Part shown: one piece after another, positions 49,602 to 62,027 of the stretch
Numbering within the stretch: position 1 is the stretch's first letter
Layout of the letters: the number at the start of each line of letters is the position of its first letter
From: Candidatus Gottesmanbacteria bacterium
Lineage (GTDB): Bacteria > Patescibacteriota > Microgenomatia > UBA10105 > UBA927
Assembly: GCA_963711735.1 (NCBI GenBank)
Contig: CAVQFA010000003.1
Span: 82,971-146,970 of the forward strand
Length of the DNA: 64,000 nt
Direction of reading: 5' to 3'
Position numbers and translations under genes: made by a program
The notes under the pieces: generated by a model
The model's database searches: none
What the model saw: the letters and a program-made list of their open reading frames with translations, nothing else
What the model was told of the DNA's origin: nothing

Positions 49602-49898
49602 ATGGCGAAAATTAATATTCAGCCATTGTTCGATAATGTTCTTGTCAAACCCGGAAAACAGGAGGAAGTCCTTCCGTCCGGTATTGTTCTTCCGGATAGC
49701 GCCAAAGAAAAGCCCCAAATGGGCACCATTATGGCAGTTGGTCCCGGAACTACGGATGACAAGGGGAAAAAGGTAAAAATGACCGTAAAAGTCGGACAAA
49801 AAGTCATGTATAAAAAGTGGGGCGGCAACGAAATAAAAGTGAACGGGGAAGAGTGGATGCTTGTGGAACAGAAAGATATTCTTGCAGTAGTAAAGTAA
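49602..49898 (+). CDS. groES: Co-chaperonin GroES
   Basis: PLFDNV, SGIVLPDSAKEKP, DILA. Confidence 0.98.
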   Translation: MAKINIQPLFDNVLVKPGKQEEVLPSGIVLPDSAKEKPQMGTIMAVGPGTTDDKGKKVKMTVKVGQKVMYKKWGGNEIKVNGEEWMLVEQKDILAVVK

Positions 49899-49924
49899 GT
49901 ATTAAAGTTCATTTTCACTCATAA

Positions 49925-51586
<1,662 letters not shown>

Positions 51587-51631
51587 TCCGAAACGAAGGT
51601 CTCAATAAACGTAAAAAAATACTGTATTGTC

Positions 51632-51657
51632 AAAAGCCCCGCGTGAGCGGGGTTTTT
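51632..51657 (+). terminator. groEL terminator
   Basis: CCCCGC-GTGA-GCGGGG plus T5. Confidence 0.85.
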
Positions 51658-51738
51658 GTTGGTATAGTAATATAATTTCACAATAGAAAAAAGAGAAGAA
51701 TTTCTGTATTGTATGGTAGAATGGTTCAGGGAAACGCT

Positions 51739-53136
51739 ATGAATACCGGAAAGAATAATACATTAATTTCATACAATCCTTCAAACGGTTCAATTATTGG
51801 TAAAACTGTCTGTTCTACACCTGAAGACGTTCGTACGTCCGTGAACAAATCTAAACGCGCCTGGTCTTCGTGGAAAAAAACACCTTTTGCTAAACGGGCG
51901 TCGTATTGTAAAAAACTTATTGAACTTCTTAAAAGTAATAAAAATAAAATTGCACGGTTAACAAGCTTGGAAATGGGTAAGCCGTTTACGGAAGCGCTTG
52001 GCGATATCGATTGGGAATTGGATTTTATCTCGTACTATGCGGAAAATGCAGAAAAAATTCTCGGTGAAAAAATGATCCGAAAAGACAAGCGCGCGGTATA
52101 TAAAACACTGTATGAACCGTGGGGAGTGGTTGCCTCCATTGCCCCGTGGAATTTTCCGGTCTCGATGGCAAGCACTGGCATTACAGCGCCGCTCATGGCG
52201 GGTAATACTGTTATTTTTAAACCATCGGAATATACGACATTGACGCAAAAATTGTTCGTAGATCTTTTTAATCAAACCGGATTACCTGAGGGTGTGCTTC
52301 AGTGTGTGGTCGGAGACGGATCCGTTGGTAAAATGCTCATTGATAGTGACGTTAATTATGTCTGGTTTACAGGAAGCACTGCTGTGGGTCAGGAAATCTA
52401 TAAAAAATGCGCAGATAAGCTTATCCGGTGCACACTCGAACTTGGGGGTTCCAGTCCGGGAATTGTTTTTGCAGATTGTCCGCTCGAGACAACCATCGAA
52501 ACGGTATATACAGCGAGGTTTTATAACTGCGGTCAGGTATGCTCTGCAATAAAAAGGTTGTTTGTGGAAAAACCTGTTATGGATTCTGTCGTTGATAAGC
52601 TTGTACAGAAAGTGCAGTCAGCGGTTATTGGTGACCCTCTCGATTCCAAAACTACAATCGGACCGTTAGTAAGCAAAAAACAGTTGGACATCCTGGTTTC
52701 TCAGATAGAAGACGCGAGAAAAAAAGGTGCAAAAATAATTATCGGCGGTACGAAACCGGACGATAAAAAACTTACCGGTGGCAATTACTTTCTTCCGACA
52801 ATAATTACCAATGTCACAGAAAATATGAGGGTTTTCAAAGAAGAGGTGTTTGGACCCGTGTTGCCGGTTATGTCTTTCTCCTCAGAAAAAGAAGCCGTGC
52901 GTCTTGCTAACGATACAGAGTACGGACTGACTGCAGAAATATTTACGAGTGATGTGAAAAAAGGCAGACGGATTGCAGGAGATCTTGACGCTGGCGGAAT
53001 ATCTGTCAACGGCGATGTTATATATTCTCCGCACTGTCCAATCGGAGGATTTAAAAAAAGCGGAATAGGAAGAGAGTACGGTGAAGAAGGGTTTAAGGAA
53101 TTCGGTCAGCTGAAATATATCTGCGAGTATATATAA
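51739..53136 (+). CDS. NAD(P)-dependent aldehyde dehydrogenase
   Basis: PWNFP, FTGS, LELGG, GQVC, EEVFGP. Confidence 0.95.
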   Translation: MNTGKNNTLISYNPSNGSIIGKTVCSTPEDVRTSVNKSKRAWSSWKKTPFAKRASYCKKLIELLKSNKNKIARLTSLEMGKPFTEALGDIDWELDFISYYAENAEKILGEKMIRKDKRAVYKTLYEPWGVVASIAPWNFPVSMASTGITAPLMAGNTVIFKPSEYTTLTQKLFVDLFNQTGLPEGVLQCVVGDGSVGKMLIDSDVNYVWFTGSTAVGQEIYKKCADKLIRCTLELGGSSPGIVFADCPLETTIETVYTARFYNCGQVCSAIKRLFVEKPVMDSVVDKLVQKVQSAVIGDPLDSKTTIGPLVSKKQLDILVSQIEDARKKGAKIIIGGTKPDDKKLTGGNYFLPTIITNVTENMRVFKEEVFGPVLPVMSFSSEKEAVRLANDTEYGLTAEIFTSDVKKGRRIAGDLDAGGISVNGDVIYSPHCPIGGFKKSGIGREYGEEGFKEFGQLKYICEYI

Positions 53137-53163
53137 AATACAGTAACTTTCCGATTTATCAAC

Positions 53164-53949
53164 ATGAATAAAATTATTTTCTTAGGTACAGGTGCGGCAT
53201 CGTCGCTCACACGGCAACTCACGTCTATTCTCTTTGTAACGGACAGAAAGAATTTCCTCATAGATTGCGGTGACGGGATGGGAACCGTGAGGAATCTCGT
53301 CAAATCCGGTGTTGCACTTGAAAGCGTCACTGACGTGTTTATCACCCACCGCCACGCCGATCATATGCTTGGCATGCCGCACTTTCTCCTTACGCAGATG
53401 ATCGGAAACGACAAAACAAAGGTCCGCGTTTTTGGCCCCAAACAGGCCCTTGATGTTGTCCGTCTTGTGTCTTTTAAAACCCATGATTATTTAAAAAAAC
53501 ACGCATCACGCATAGCCTTCGTTTCCATGAAACCAAATGTATCCGTCAGGCTTGCACCGGGACTTACCGTAACGGGTACAAAAGTGGCAGGACCCAAGGG
53601 AGGCGCTATTATCACCTATGCGTATAAAATCACTGTTGACGGAAAAACGGTTGTGTTTTCAAGCGACATGCACCCGAATGCATTGTTTGATAAACTCGCA
53701 AAAAATACGGACGTCATGATACACGAATGTTTTGGTCCTGAAAAAGACCGCGAACAGTCGGGGCTATTCGGTCACAGCACTGCCCGTGAGGCTGGGGAAG
53801 CGGCTATGCGCGCAAAGGTAAAAAAACTGATTCTCACTCATATTCGCGATGAGAAAGTTGTGTCGGTGAAATCAATGGTGACGGAGGCGCGGAGATACTT
53901 TAACGGATTTGTCATTCCTGCAGAAGATCTGCTCGCTGTGGAATTTTAG
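53164..53949 (+). CDS. MBL-fold hydrolase, RNase Z-like
   Basis: FLGTG, DCGDG, THRHADH, HE, HST, LTH. Confidence 0.85.
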   Translation: MNKIIFLGTGAASSLTRQLTSILFVTDRKNFLIDCGDGMGTVRNLVKSGVALESVTDVFITHRHADHMLGMPHFLLTQMIGNDKTKVRVFGPKQALDVVRLVSFKTHDYLKKHASRIAFVSMKPNVSVRLAPGLTVTGTKVAGPKGGAIITYAYKITVDGKTVVFSSDMHPNALFDKLAKNTDVMIHECFGPEKDREQSGLFGHSTAREAGEAAMRAKVKKLILTHIRDEKVVSVKSMVTEARRYFNGFVIPAEDLLAVEF

Positions 53950-53973
53950 ATTACGGTGTTTCCTCATGAATCC

Positions 53974-54567
53974 TTAAACCCCGATGTTCTTTTCGTGGTG
54001 GTGTCTCACAAATGCAATCTGTCCTTCCCGGAATCCTATGGATAATAGTCTGTCCTGGATCTGTTTTTTGGTTAGTCCGTCCTTTACAAACCTCCGGATA
54101 AGAAATGTGATCATTTCTGTTGGTTCGTAGGGAAATAATATCCATTTATCCGTTTGTTGCGCAAAGTAATCCGGGCGGATTTTGGATAATGGTTTATGAA
54201 ACATGGCAACGGTGGTTATTTCAGCGGGTTTAAACCTCCGTAGGTATGAAAGGGCACGTTTAAATGTCTTTCCGGAGTCGGCTACATCATCAACCAGAAG
54301 CACGCGTTTTCCGTTGATAGGTTTTCGGAGTGTTTGTGTTATGTGTATTTCACCGCTTTTCTGAATATCCGTATAACTCTGTATGGCAAACGTGGAAACA
54401 GGCAGTCGCAACAGGTCGCTTAACAGATGCCCGAGCGTGAGTCCTCCGCGGGCAATAGCGACAATTTCATCATATGGCTCTGAATGGTGGAGGATTGCAG
54501 CAGCAAGTTTTTGGGTTAAAATATGGTAGTCTGCCCATGAGAGATAGAGGTATTCAGGATCACTCAT
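53974..54567 (-). CDS. Purine phosphoribosyltransferase-like protein
   Basis: IARGGL, VLLVDDVADSGKT, WILFPYE. Confidence 0.88.
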   Translation of the reverse strand: MSDPEYLYLSWADYHILTQKLAAAILHHSEPYDEIVAIARGGLTLGHLLSDLLRLPVSTFAIQSYTDIQKSGEIHITQTLRKPINGKRVLLVDDVADSGKTFKRALSYLRRFKPAEITTVAMFHKPLSKIRPDYFAQQTDKWILFPYEPTEMITFLIRRFVKDGLTKKQIQDRLLSIGFREGQIAFVRHHHEKNIGV

Positions 54568-54622
54568 GCCTAAGTATGACTCACGATATTGATTCGTGTC
54601 AAGAAGTCTCTATAATACGTCT

Positions 54623-55240
54623 ATGGACGGCGTTCAAACAAACAAACCTTTGAAATATTCATCAATCGCTATTTCCGGTCGTCCCGGCGCAGGCCGCTCG
54701 ACGCTTCTCAATAACCTTAAACCCATTATAGTACCCCTCGGGTGGGAAACATTTTCCGGCGGAGACTGGTCACGTCAGTTTTCCATACAGATGGGTAAAC
54801 ATGACCCGAAAGATGCCAAACACCACCTTGCGACGGATTACGGGGAAGATATAGATCACCAGATAGATCTTGCACTCCGGGAAAAATTGGCAAACCCAAA
54901 AACCCACGTTGCCGTCGAATCCTGGATAGCGGGTTGGAATATGAGGGGATTTAAACATGTTCTCAAAATACTTCTCATGTGCGATGATGCGCTTCGAATA
55001 GACCGGATAGTCAACAGGGATAATCTGTCCGTGAATGAGGCCAAGAAGCACATACGCGACAGGGAAGAAGCCAATCTCACCAAATGGAGCAAAATGTACC
55101 ACGTGCCCAAAAAGGATTTTTGGGATCCGAAACATTATGATCTTGTCCTTAACACTTACTCCCACGGGCCGCAGGAAACCCTTGGCGTGGTTCTGCAGGC
55201 GCTCGGCTACTATACGGCAAACGGACAGAGGCCGGGGTGA
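54623..55240 (+). CDS. Cytidylate kinase-like P-loop kinase
   Basis: ISGRPGAGRST, SGG, YDLVLNT. Confidence 0.75.
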   Translation: MDGVQTNKPLKYSSIAISGRPGAGRSTLLNNLKPIIVPLGWETFSGGDWSRQFSIQMGKHDPKDAKHHLATDYGEDIDHQIDLALREKLANPKTHVAVESWIAGWNMRGFKHVLKILLMCDDALRIDRIVNRDNLSVNEAKKHIRDREEANLTKWSKMYHVPKKDFWDPKHYDLVLNTYSHGPQETLGVVLQALGYYTANGQRPG

Positions 55241-55255
55241 AAATTGCGTATACGT

Positions 55256-55909
55256 ATGACAGTTGCTAAGCGTCATATTATCGCGGGTATTGTTTCAGTA
55301 TTAAAGAAGCGGTATTCGGGTGAATCCTCCGGACATGACTGGCTGCATCTGGAAAGAGTGTGGAAAACGGCAATACGGCTTTCCGAAAATGAGAAGGTCG
55401 ATATGTTTGTTGTCGAAGTTGCGGCTCTTCTTCATGATGTTGATGATTATAAATTCGCAAAAGCAGGGGACGGTCCTCTTACACACACAAAAGAAATTCT
55501 CGGCGTGTACCCCATAGATACCCGGACAAAAAAACACATTTATACCATTGTTTCTCATGTGTCTTTTAAGGGTGGCAATGAGGATGATGTCCAAAAAACA
55601 CGTGAGGGGCAGGTTGTACAGGACGCCGACAGACTTGATGTTCTGGGTGCAATCGGTATTGCGCGTATATTTGCCTACGGCGGATCACGCGGACACCCGA
55701 TATATGATCCAAACATTAAGCCGAGAAAAAATATGACGTTCAAAGAGTACCGGAAGGATAGTCCGTCCATCAATCACATGTATGAAAAACTTTTGCTTCT
55801 GAAAGACAGAATGAACACGCCGCAGGCCAAACTCATCGCATCATTCCGCCATACGTACATCGTTGAGTTTCTACGGGAGTTCTGGGCGGAAGTGAAAGGA
55901 GACAGGTGA
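55256..55909 (+). CDS. HD domain hydrolase (YedJ-like)
   Basis: GHDWLHLERV, LLHDV, QDADRLD.LGAIG, HMYEKLL. Confidence 0.9.
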   Translation: MTVAKRHIIAGIVSVLKKRYSGESSGHDWLHLERVWKTAIRLSENEKVDMFVVEVAALLHDVDDYKFAKAGDGPLTHTKEILGVYPIDTRTKKHIYTIVSHVSFKGGNEDDVQKTREGQVVQDADRLDVLGAIGIARIFAYGGSRGHPIYDPNIKPRKNMTFKEYRKDSPSINHMYEKLLLLKDRMNTPQAKLIASFRHTYIVEFLREFWAEVKGDR

Positions 55910-55916
55910 TACATAT

Positions 55917-56504
55917 ATGATTCCGACGGAAAAACACAGTAAGGTATTGTGGCAAAAGTATCACCTTCCGGAAATGAAACAGGCCCACTCTGCACTTGTC
56001 GCGCGTGTCGCGGTGTGTCTGGCAAAAACGATCATGCGTCATGATTCCCGTCTTATGATTGATAATAATCTGCTTGTTGCCGGCGCACTTCTCCATGATA
56101 TTGATAAAAACATACCCGGATTGCCCGGGGAGCATCATCCGGATGCGGGGGTGCGCGTGTTGCGTGAAACGGGAATGGATGAGGTTGCGGAGGTTATCCG
56201 CACACACCCGCTTCACATGATTTTGGATCCTCTGAATGGTCCGGTTAGCTGGGAGCAAAAACTTCTGTATCTTGCTGATAAAATGGTGAAATATGAGGTG
56301 ATCGGCGTAGATGCCCGTTTTGCGTTGTGGAGAAAAGAAGCACTTCCACCTGAAGCAATTGTTATACTTGACCGGTCGTACCCTCTTGTTAAAAAACTTG
56401 AAGAGAATGTTTGCGCGGTTATCGGTATTCCGGCAACCACACTTGCACAATATTGCCGCAGGAGTATACTTGAAGCGGAAAATATGAAGGAGGACAAAAT
56501 ATGA
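55917..56504 (+). CDS. HD/HDIG domain protein
   Basis: HS..V, LLHDIDK, H, ADK. Confidence 0.85.
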   Translation: MIPTEKHSKVLWQKYHLPEMKQAHSALVARVAVCLAKTIMRHDSRLMIDNNLLVAGALLHDIDKNIPGLPGEHHPDAGVRVLRETGMDEVAEVIRTHPLHMILDPLNGPVSWEQKLLYLADKMVKYEVIGVDARFALWRKEALPPEAIVILDRSYPLVKKLEENVCAVIGIPATTLAQYCRRSILEAENMKEDKI

Positions 56505-57115
56505 AACAAATAGTCATGGTTTTGGCAATCGTATTTCTTTGTGTGAGCGCAGTAAGCGCAGCCAATGCAGCACCGGCGGGAGTGAGCCCGGGAAAAAGCG
56601 CTGTTGTAAAAAAGGAATCCGTAAATCTTACCCCAACACCGGTTACGGAAACACCCGGCGTTGAAGAAAAGAAGGAAGTTGTCGATTATACACTTCCGTA
56701 CCCGGGGATTTTGACGGATCATCCTCTCTACTTTCTCAAAAATCTCCGCGATCAGATTATGGAACGCCTTATCAGTGATCCTTCCAAGAAAGCTGAGTTT
56801 GCTATACTCCAGTCAGATAAGTTTCTCGCTATGGCAATGCGTTTCATAGATCAGGGCAAGTGGCAGGGCGCTAATCAGACACTCGAGTCAGCGGAGCGCT
56901 TTATGGAAAAAGCAGCTGCAGTAGTCGGGTCTGCAACGGGAAATACTATTCCCAATCACATATATGAACAACTTCGTCTCTCATCTCTCAAGCACGAAGA
57001 GGTTCTTGAAAATATCATGACAAACGCCCCTGTCGGAGAAAAGGCGGCTACAGAGAAACGCTTGCAAACAGGCAGGGACATGGTGAAGCGCGTGGGTTCT
57101 CTGAACAAACAATAG
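56501..57115 (+). CDS. Secreted DUF5667-like protein
   Basis: Signal peptide; YTLPYPGILTDHPLYFLK.LRD. Confidence 0.7.
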   Translation: MKQIVMVLAIVFLCVSAVSAANAAPAGVSPGKSAVVKKESVNLTPTPVTETPGVEEKKEVVDYTLPYPGILTDHPLYFLKNLRDQIMERLISDPSKKAEFAILQSDKFLAMAMRFIDQGKWQGANQTLESAERFMEKAAAVVGSATGNTIPNHIYEQLRLSSLKHEEVLENIMTNAPVGEKAATEKRLQTGRDMVKRVGSLNKQ

Positions 57116-57366
57116 CATTTAGATCACTAAAATAATCCTTATTGGGTATTATTGAACAATTTTCTTTTTACCACGTCGGGTACCTTCGTCCCCCTATAGG
57201 GTGTGATATAGATAATCTCCGAAGAATTTCCTCGGACTTTTCCTGTTGTGGCTAAAGAAGAAAATTGACCTTGTTTGATCCGGAAGTTGCCAGTTGACCT
57301 TGGTCCATTTAGTGTCATAGGATTGTTAGTGGCACCACCCATAGCGTAAATATTTTCACATTATCC

Positions 57367-57813
57367 ATGAAATGTCCGTACTGTACAAATGAAACCACAG
57401 AGGTTATAGAGACGCGGGAAAGCGAAGATTTAGCGGTAACCAGAAGGAGAAGAGGCTGTCCGAAGTGTGAAAAAAGGTTTACAACATACGAACGGATTGA
57501 GTCTGTGCCCATTACGGTTATAAAGAAAGACGGAAGGCGTGAGACGTTTGACAGGGACAAGCTGACCCGCGGCATCTGGAGAGCGAGCGGAAAAACCGCC
57601 GTACGACAGGAAGATGTAGACAGGATTGTTAACGAGGTCGAGCGGGAACTTATTTCAGGAGAAACGACGGAGGTAGTCAGCAAAAAAATCGGTGAGCTGG
57701 TCGCGCGGAGGCTGAAAAAAATTGATAAAATCGCGTACATCCGGTTTGCAAGTGTTTTCAGGCGTTTTGTAGACATAGAAGATTTTGAAAAGGAAGTGCA
57801 GAAATTGTTATAA
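57367..57813 (+). CDS. nrdR: Transcriptional repressor NrdR
   Basis: MKCPYC, RRRRGC..C..RFTTYE, AYIRFASV. Confidence 0.97.
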   Translation: MKCPYCTNETTEVIETRESEDLAVTRRRRGCPKCEKRFTTYERIESVPITVIKKDGRRETFDRDKLTRGIWRASGKTAVRQEDVDRIVNEVERELISGETTEVVSKKIGELVARRLKKIDKIAYIRFASVFRRFVDIEDFEKEVQKLL

Positions 57814-57823
57814 ATGACACTCT

Positions 57824-60307
57824 ATGGAACCATTGACGGGCATCAGAAATACCGTATTTATCGACCGCTACGCGCTCAAAAACGAGGAAGGCGTTCCGAT
57901 TGAAAAAAATCCACAGGAAATGTGGAGGAGAATAGCCGGAGCAATAGCCAAGGTTGAACCAAAAGCAACGAGGATGGAGTGGGAAGAAAAATTCTATGGC
58001 GCCATGACCGACTTTAAGCTGATTCCCGGCGGACGGATCCTCTCAGGTGCAGGCACCGGCTACCATGTAACGTTTTACAACTGTTTCGTCATCCCGAGCC
58101 CTCATGATTCGCGCCAGGGCATACTCAAATCACTTTCCCAAATGGTAGAAATTATGTCCCGCGGCGGTGGCGTGGGAATAAACCTATCGAGCCTCCGGCC
58201 CCGCGGATCGCGCGTCCAGAAAGTTAACGGATTTTCTTCCGGTCCCTGCAACTGGGCAGAGCTTTTCAGTGTCGCAACAAAAGATATCATTCAGCAGGGT
58301 GGTTCCAGGAGAGGCGCTCTCATGCTTATGCTCTGGGACTGGCATCCGGACATCGAGGAATTCATAACCGTAAAGGAAGATTTATCCCGTATAAACGGCG
58401 CAAATCTTTCCGTTTGCGTCTCCGACTCGTTTATGGAGGCGGTGAAAAATGACGCTGATTGGGATTTGGTGTTTCCTGATAAAAATGATCCTGACTACGA
58501 TACTAAGTGGGACGGGTACCTTCCCAACTGGATAGCGCTTGGTAAAAAACCGGTTGTCCAAAGGACCCTGAAGGCCCGCGCCCTTTGGGATCTCATCGCA
58601 ACAGCCGCATGGAAAAGCGCGGAACCCGGCGTTGTATTTATGGAACGGTACAATAAGTGGTTCAACAACAATTACTTCGAATATATAAACTGTGTCAATC
58701 CGTGTGGCGAAGAAGGGCTCCCGAATTGGGGAGTGTGCAATCTTTGTTCCATTAACCTCGCATCCCTTGTGGACGCTTCCGGCATCATGGACTATGCGGC
58801 GCTTGCGGAAATCGCACGCGTCGGTGTGCGGTTTCAGGATGACGTCATTGACAGCGACTACTATGTCTTTGAGGAGATAAAGAAAGTGCAGCTGAAAGGA
58901 GAACGGAGAATCGGGCTTGGTACCATGGGCTTGGGTGATGCACTTATAAAAATGAAACTCCGGTACGGTTCCCAGGAGAGCATCTCCGTCATTGATAAAA
59001 TATACTCAACCATTCGTGACGCAGCATACGATGCGTCTGTTGAAATAGCACGCGAAAAAGGGCCGTTTCCCAAAATTGTGAAGAAAAAGCATGTGGAAGG
59101 GTACTTCGTGAGCCGTCTTCCTGAAGAAATCAAAAAGAAAATGAAAAAGTACGGTGTGAGAAACAGCCTCATCCTCCAGCAGGCGCCTACAGGATCCACA
59201 TCGCTTATGGCGGGTGTGTCGTCAGGCATTGAGCCCGTTTATGAATTTGAGTTTATCCGCCGGGACCGCCTCGGTGAGAACATTCTCAGGCATCCTCTGT
59301 ACGACGCGTGGTTTCAGGAGTTCAAACTTACCCAGGGCCGTGAACCGACTAAGGCAGACAGGCCGGCGTGGTTTGTCTCTGCCAATGATTTATCTCCTGA
59401 AGATCATGTGCGCGTGCAGGCAACGATCCAACAGTATGTGGACGCGTCAATCTCCAAAACCGTCAACGCACCGAATACCCACACTGTGGAGGATGTAAAA
59501 AGGCTTTACACGCTCGCGTACGATTTGGGGTGCAAGGGTATTGCGTACATGCGTGAAGGCAGCAGACAGGGGGTATTAACGCGCGTTGAACAGGATAAGA
59601 AAGAAAAAGATGCAGCAAAGGCAGACGAGGTGAAAGTCGGAACACAGTATGTACCGGAAATCAAACCCCGCCCGGCGGTCGTCCACGGATCCACCTATCA
59701 GGTAGAAACGCCTGTCGGACAGGCATATGTGACGATCAACACAAACGGCGGCAGACAGCCGCTTGAAATGTTCATTAATGTGGGCAAAGCCGGATCGGAT
59801 GTGACAGCCATGGCTGAGGCGGTCGGACGTTTGATTTCTCTATTGTTCCGGCTTGCATCACCGGTAAGTCCGATGGAACGGGCACACAGAATAGCGGCAG
59901 AGCTCATAGGGATAGGCGGAGCGCGGTCTTTGGGATTCGGGGAAAACCGCGTACGGAGTCTTCCTGATGCGGTTGCAAAAGTCATAGACAGGCATTTCGG
60001 ATTTTTTACCAAGCATCGTCTCATGGATTCACCGTCGGCTGCCAAAACCGACAGTATTGTTGCGACAAACGGGAACGGAAATGGGAATGGCAACGGTTCA
60101 TCAGAAATCCACCAAACAGCAACTGCTGTTGCTGCAGATACCCGGATAGAGGATCACGAACAGGCACCGGACCCGGCCTCATACCAGGCTGCGGTTGCCC
60201 AGACACGCATGGTGACGGTTGATCTTTGTCCCTCCTGTGGAGAAGGAAGCCTCGTATTTGAGGAGTCCTGCAAAAAGTGCTACTCCTGCGGATATTCAGA
60301 ATGCTGA
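57824..60307 (+). CDS. nrdJ: Class II adenosylcobalamin-dependent ribonucleotide reductase with C-terminal TSCPD/Zn-ribbon region
   Basis: GGRIL, NCFV, NPCGE, CNL, APTG, SKT.N, C-terminal CPSC...CYSCGYSEC. Confidence 0.93.
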   Translation: MEPLTGIRNTVFIDRYALKNEEGVPIEKNPQEMWRRIAGAIAKVEPKATRMEWEEKFYGAMTDFKLIPGGRILSGAGTGYHVTFYNCFVIPSPHDSRQGILKSLSQMVEIMSRGGGVGINLSSLRPRGSRVQKVNGFSSGPCNWAELFSVATKDIIQQGGSRRGALMLMLWDWHPDIEEFITVKEDLSRINGANLSVCVSDSFMEAVKNDADWDLVFPDKNDPDYDTKWDGYLPNWIALGKKPVVQRTLKARALWDLIATAAWKSAEPGVVFMERYNKWFNNNYFEYINCVNPCGEEGLPNWGVCNLCSINLASLVDASGIMDYAALAEIARVGVRFQDDVIDSDYYVFEEIKKVQLKGERRIGLGTMGLGDALIKMKLRYGSQESISVIDKIYSTIRDAAYDASVEIAREKGPFPKIVKKKHVEGYFVSRLPEEIKKKMKKYGVRNSLILQQAPTGSTSLMAGVSSGIEPVYEFEFIRRDRLGENILRHPLYDAWFQEFKLTQGREPTKADRPAWFVSANDLSPEDHVRVQATIQQYVDASISKTVNAPNTHTVEDVKRLYTLAYDLGCKGIAYMREGSRQGVLTRVEQDKKEKDAAKADEVKVGTQYVPEIKPRPAVVHGSTYQVETPVGQAYVTINTNGGRQPLEMFINVGKAGSDVTAMAEAVGRLISLLFRLASPVSPMERAHRIAAELIGIGGARSLGFGENRVRSLPDAVAKVIDRHFGFFTKHRLMDSPSAAKTDSIVATNGNGNGNGNGSSEIHQTATAVAADTRIEDHEQAPDPASYQAAVAQTRMVTVDLCPSCGEGSLVFEESCKKCYSCGYSEC

Positions 60308-60316
60308 AGTTCCCTT

Positions 60317-60862
60317 ATGAAAATCTATACCAGAACCGGCGACGACGGAACGACGTCTCTCTTTGGAGGAAAGCGTACCCGGAAAGATGACCCGCGCGTA
60401 GAGGCATACGGATCCATTGATGAGTTAAACAGTGCCGTCGGATTTCTGATATCAGAGTGTAAAACAGACTCCGTTATACGCGCTCTCACTGACGTGCAGC
60501 AAACCCTCATGAGTATCGCCGGATTTCTTGCGGGAAGTCCGCTTGATACGAAATTCCTTGATCATAAAGTGACGGATATGGAACACCTCATAGACGAATT
60601 TAGCACCGGTGTCCCCAAGATTACCAATTTCATATTACCCGGCGGTTCACCTTGTGGCGCGTGGGCGCACGTAGCCAGAACCGTATGCAGGAGGGCAGAA
60701 CGGACAATTGTCCGGACAAGCAAAGAAAAACCGGTGAATTTGGGTTTCAGTCAAATACTCACGTATATAAACCGTCTTTCTGACCTCCTATTTGTTATTG
60801 CGCGCACAGAAAATTATGCACGCGGAATTAATGAGCAGGTATGGTCGGGACAAAAAAAATAG
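60317..60862 (+). CDS. PduO-type cob(I)alamin adenosyltransferase
   Basis: IYTRTGDDGTT, YGSIDELN, RTVCRRAER, NRLSDLLF. Confidence 0.95.
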   Translation: MKIYTRTGDDGTTSLFGGKRTRKDDPRVEAYGSIDELNSAVGFLISECKTDSVIRALTDVQQTLMSIAGFLAGSPLDTKFLDHKVTDMEHLIDEFSTGVPKITNFILPGGSPCGAWAHVARTVCRRAERTIVRTSKEKPVNLGFSQILTYINRLSDLLFVIARTENYARGINEQVWSGQKK

Positions 60863-60907
60863 ATCCGGATGGAAATTACCGTATAAATTTGATACTATAA
60901 CATCCTT

Positions 60908-61330
60908 ATGAAACGCGTTGTTTTTATCATCCTTGCATGTATCGCCGCTCTTATTCTTTTCGGAAAAGTTATTCCGCGAAACGCAGTTACTCCACAAAAA
61001 GTCTCTCAGGTTGCGTCACCCAAAGCGCTGCCGCAAACAACCGGGACGCTTGTTCTCAACGACGGACAGACAATTGCGACGTATTCTGGGATAGCTGCAA
61101 AAAACGCGTTCGAACTTCTCACGATAGTCGGAGAAAAAAATAATATTCCTGTTGTCACAAAACAGTATGACTTTGGTGTTTTTGTAGAAGAGGTCAGGGG
61201 AAAAAAGTCAGGTGCCGACATGTCGTGGATATATTTTGTGAACGGCAAGTCGGGGACGGTGGCGGCAGACAAATATGAACTGAAAAACGGAGACGTGGTA
61301 GAGTGGAAGTATACCAAACCGATATATTAA
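60908..61330 (+). CDS. DUF4430 (transcobalamin-like) membrane-anchored protein
   Basis: GVFVEEV.G, WIYFVNG, A..YELKNGD.VEW.Y. Confidence 0.85.
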   Translation: MKRVVFIILACIAALILFGKVIPRNAVTPQKVSQVASPKALPQTTGTLVLNDGQTIATYSGIAAKNAFELLTIVGEKNNIPVVTKQYDFGVFVEEVRGKKSGADMSWIYFVNGKSGTVAADKYELKNGDVVEWKYTKPIY

Positions 61331-61387
61331 TGACTGCCTGACAATTTTATTTCGTATCTCGTATATCGTATTTCAATAAATAACAAT

Positions 61388-61897
61388 ATGGACATTATTA
61401 TTTTTATCGCAATCGGTATTGTCGCGAGACTTGTCCCTCATGTGCCGAATATGACGCCTGTTGGTGCTTTGGCCATCACCTCCGGCGCCAAACTTGGATT
61501 GAAAAAAGCGCTTATCGTTACTCTTTCAATTATGCTCTTCACGGACCTTCTCATCGGGCTTCACCCTGTTATGTGGGCTACATACGGCAGTTTATTCCTT
61601 GCTGTCATCCTCGGACGGGTGATTACTAAAAAACAAACACTCATACGCATTGGTGCGGCTACGCTTACCTCAGCGCTTCTTTTTTTCATTATCACAAATT
61701 TTGCCGTGTGGATTGCCCCTTTATCCATGTACCCCAAAACGCTTGCAGGGTTCATTGAATGTTACGTGATGGCTCTGCCGTTTTTCCGTAACTCACTCAT
61801 GGGAGACGTGTTTTACACGACGGTGTTTTTCGCCGGATATGAAATGGTGGGCGTTCTTTCCAGGCGCGTGTTTGCAAAAATCCCCCTTCGCAGGTAA
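61388..61897 (+). CDS. DUF6580-like putative vitamin transporter (ECF S-component-like)
   Basis: RLVPHVPNMTP, FFIITNFAVW, CYVMALPFFRNSLMGD. Confidence 0.8.
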   Translation: MDIIIFIAIGIVARLVPHVPNMTPVGALAITSGAKLGLKKALIVTLSIMLFTDLLIGLHPVMWATYGSLFLAVILGRVITKKQTLIRIGAATLTSALLFFIITNFAVWIAPLSMYPKTLAGFIECYVMALPFFRNSLMGDVFYTTVFFAGYEMVGVLSRRVFAKIPLRR

Positions 61898-62027
61898 ACG
61901 TCATTATTTTTTCTCTTTCCTATCACTGACGCGGGTGCTTTCGTGATAAAATGATACGTATGCCCGGATAGGGATTATTGCTTATACCGGTATTATCAAC
62001 CCATATTCCCGGACATAATTTGTTTCT

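Noticed and set aside
57116-57366. NrdR boxes or cobalamin riboswitch upstream of nrdR-nrdJ
   Set aside because: Only weak partial matches (e.g. CCCCTATAGGGTGTG); no B12-box
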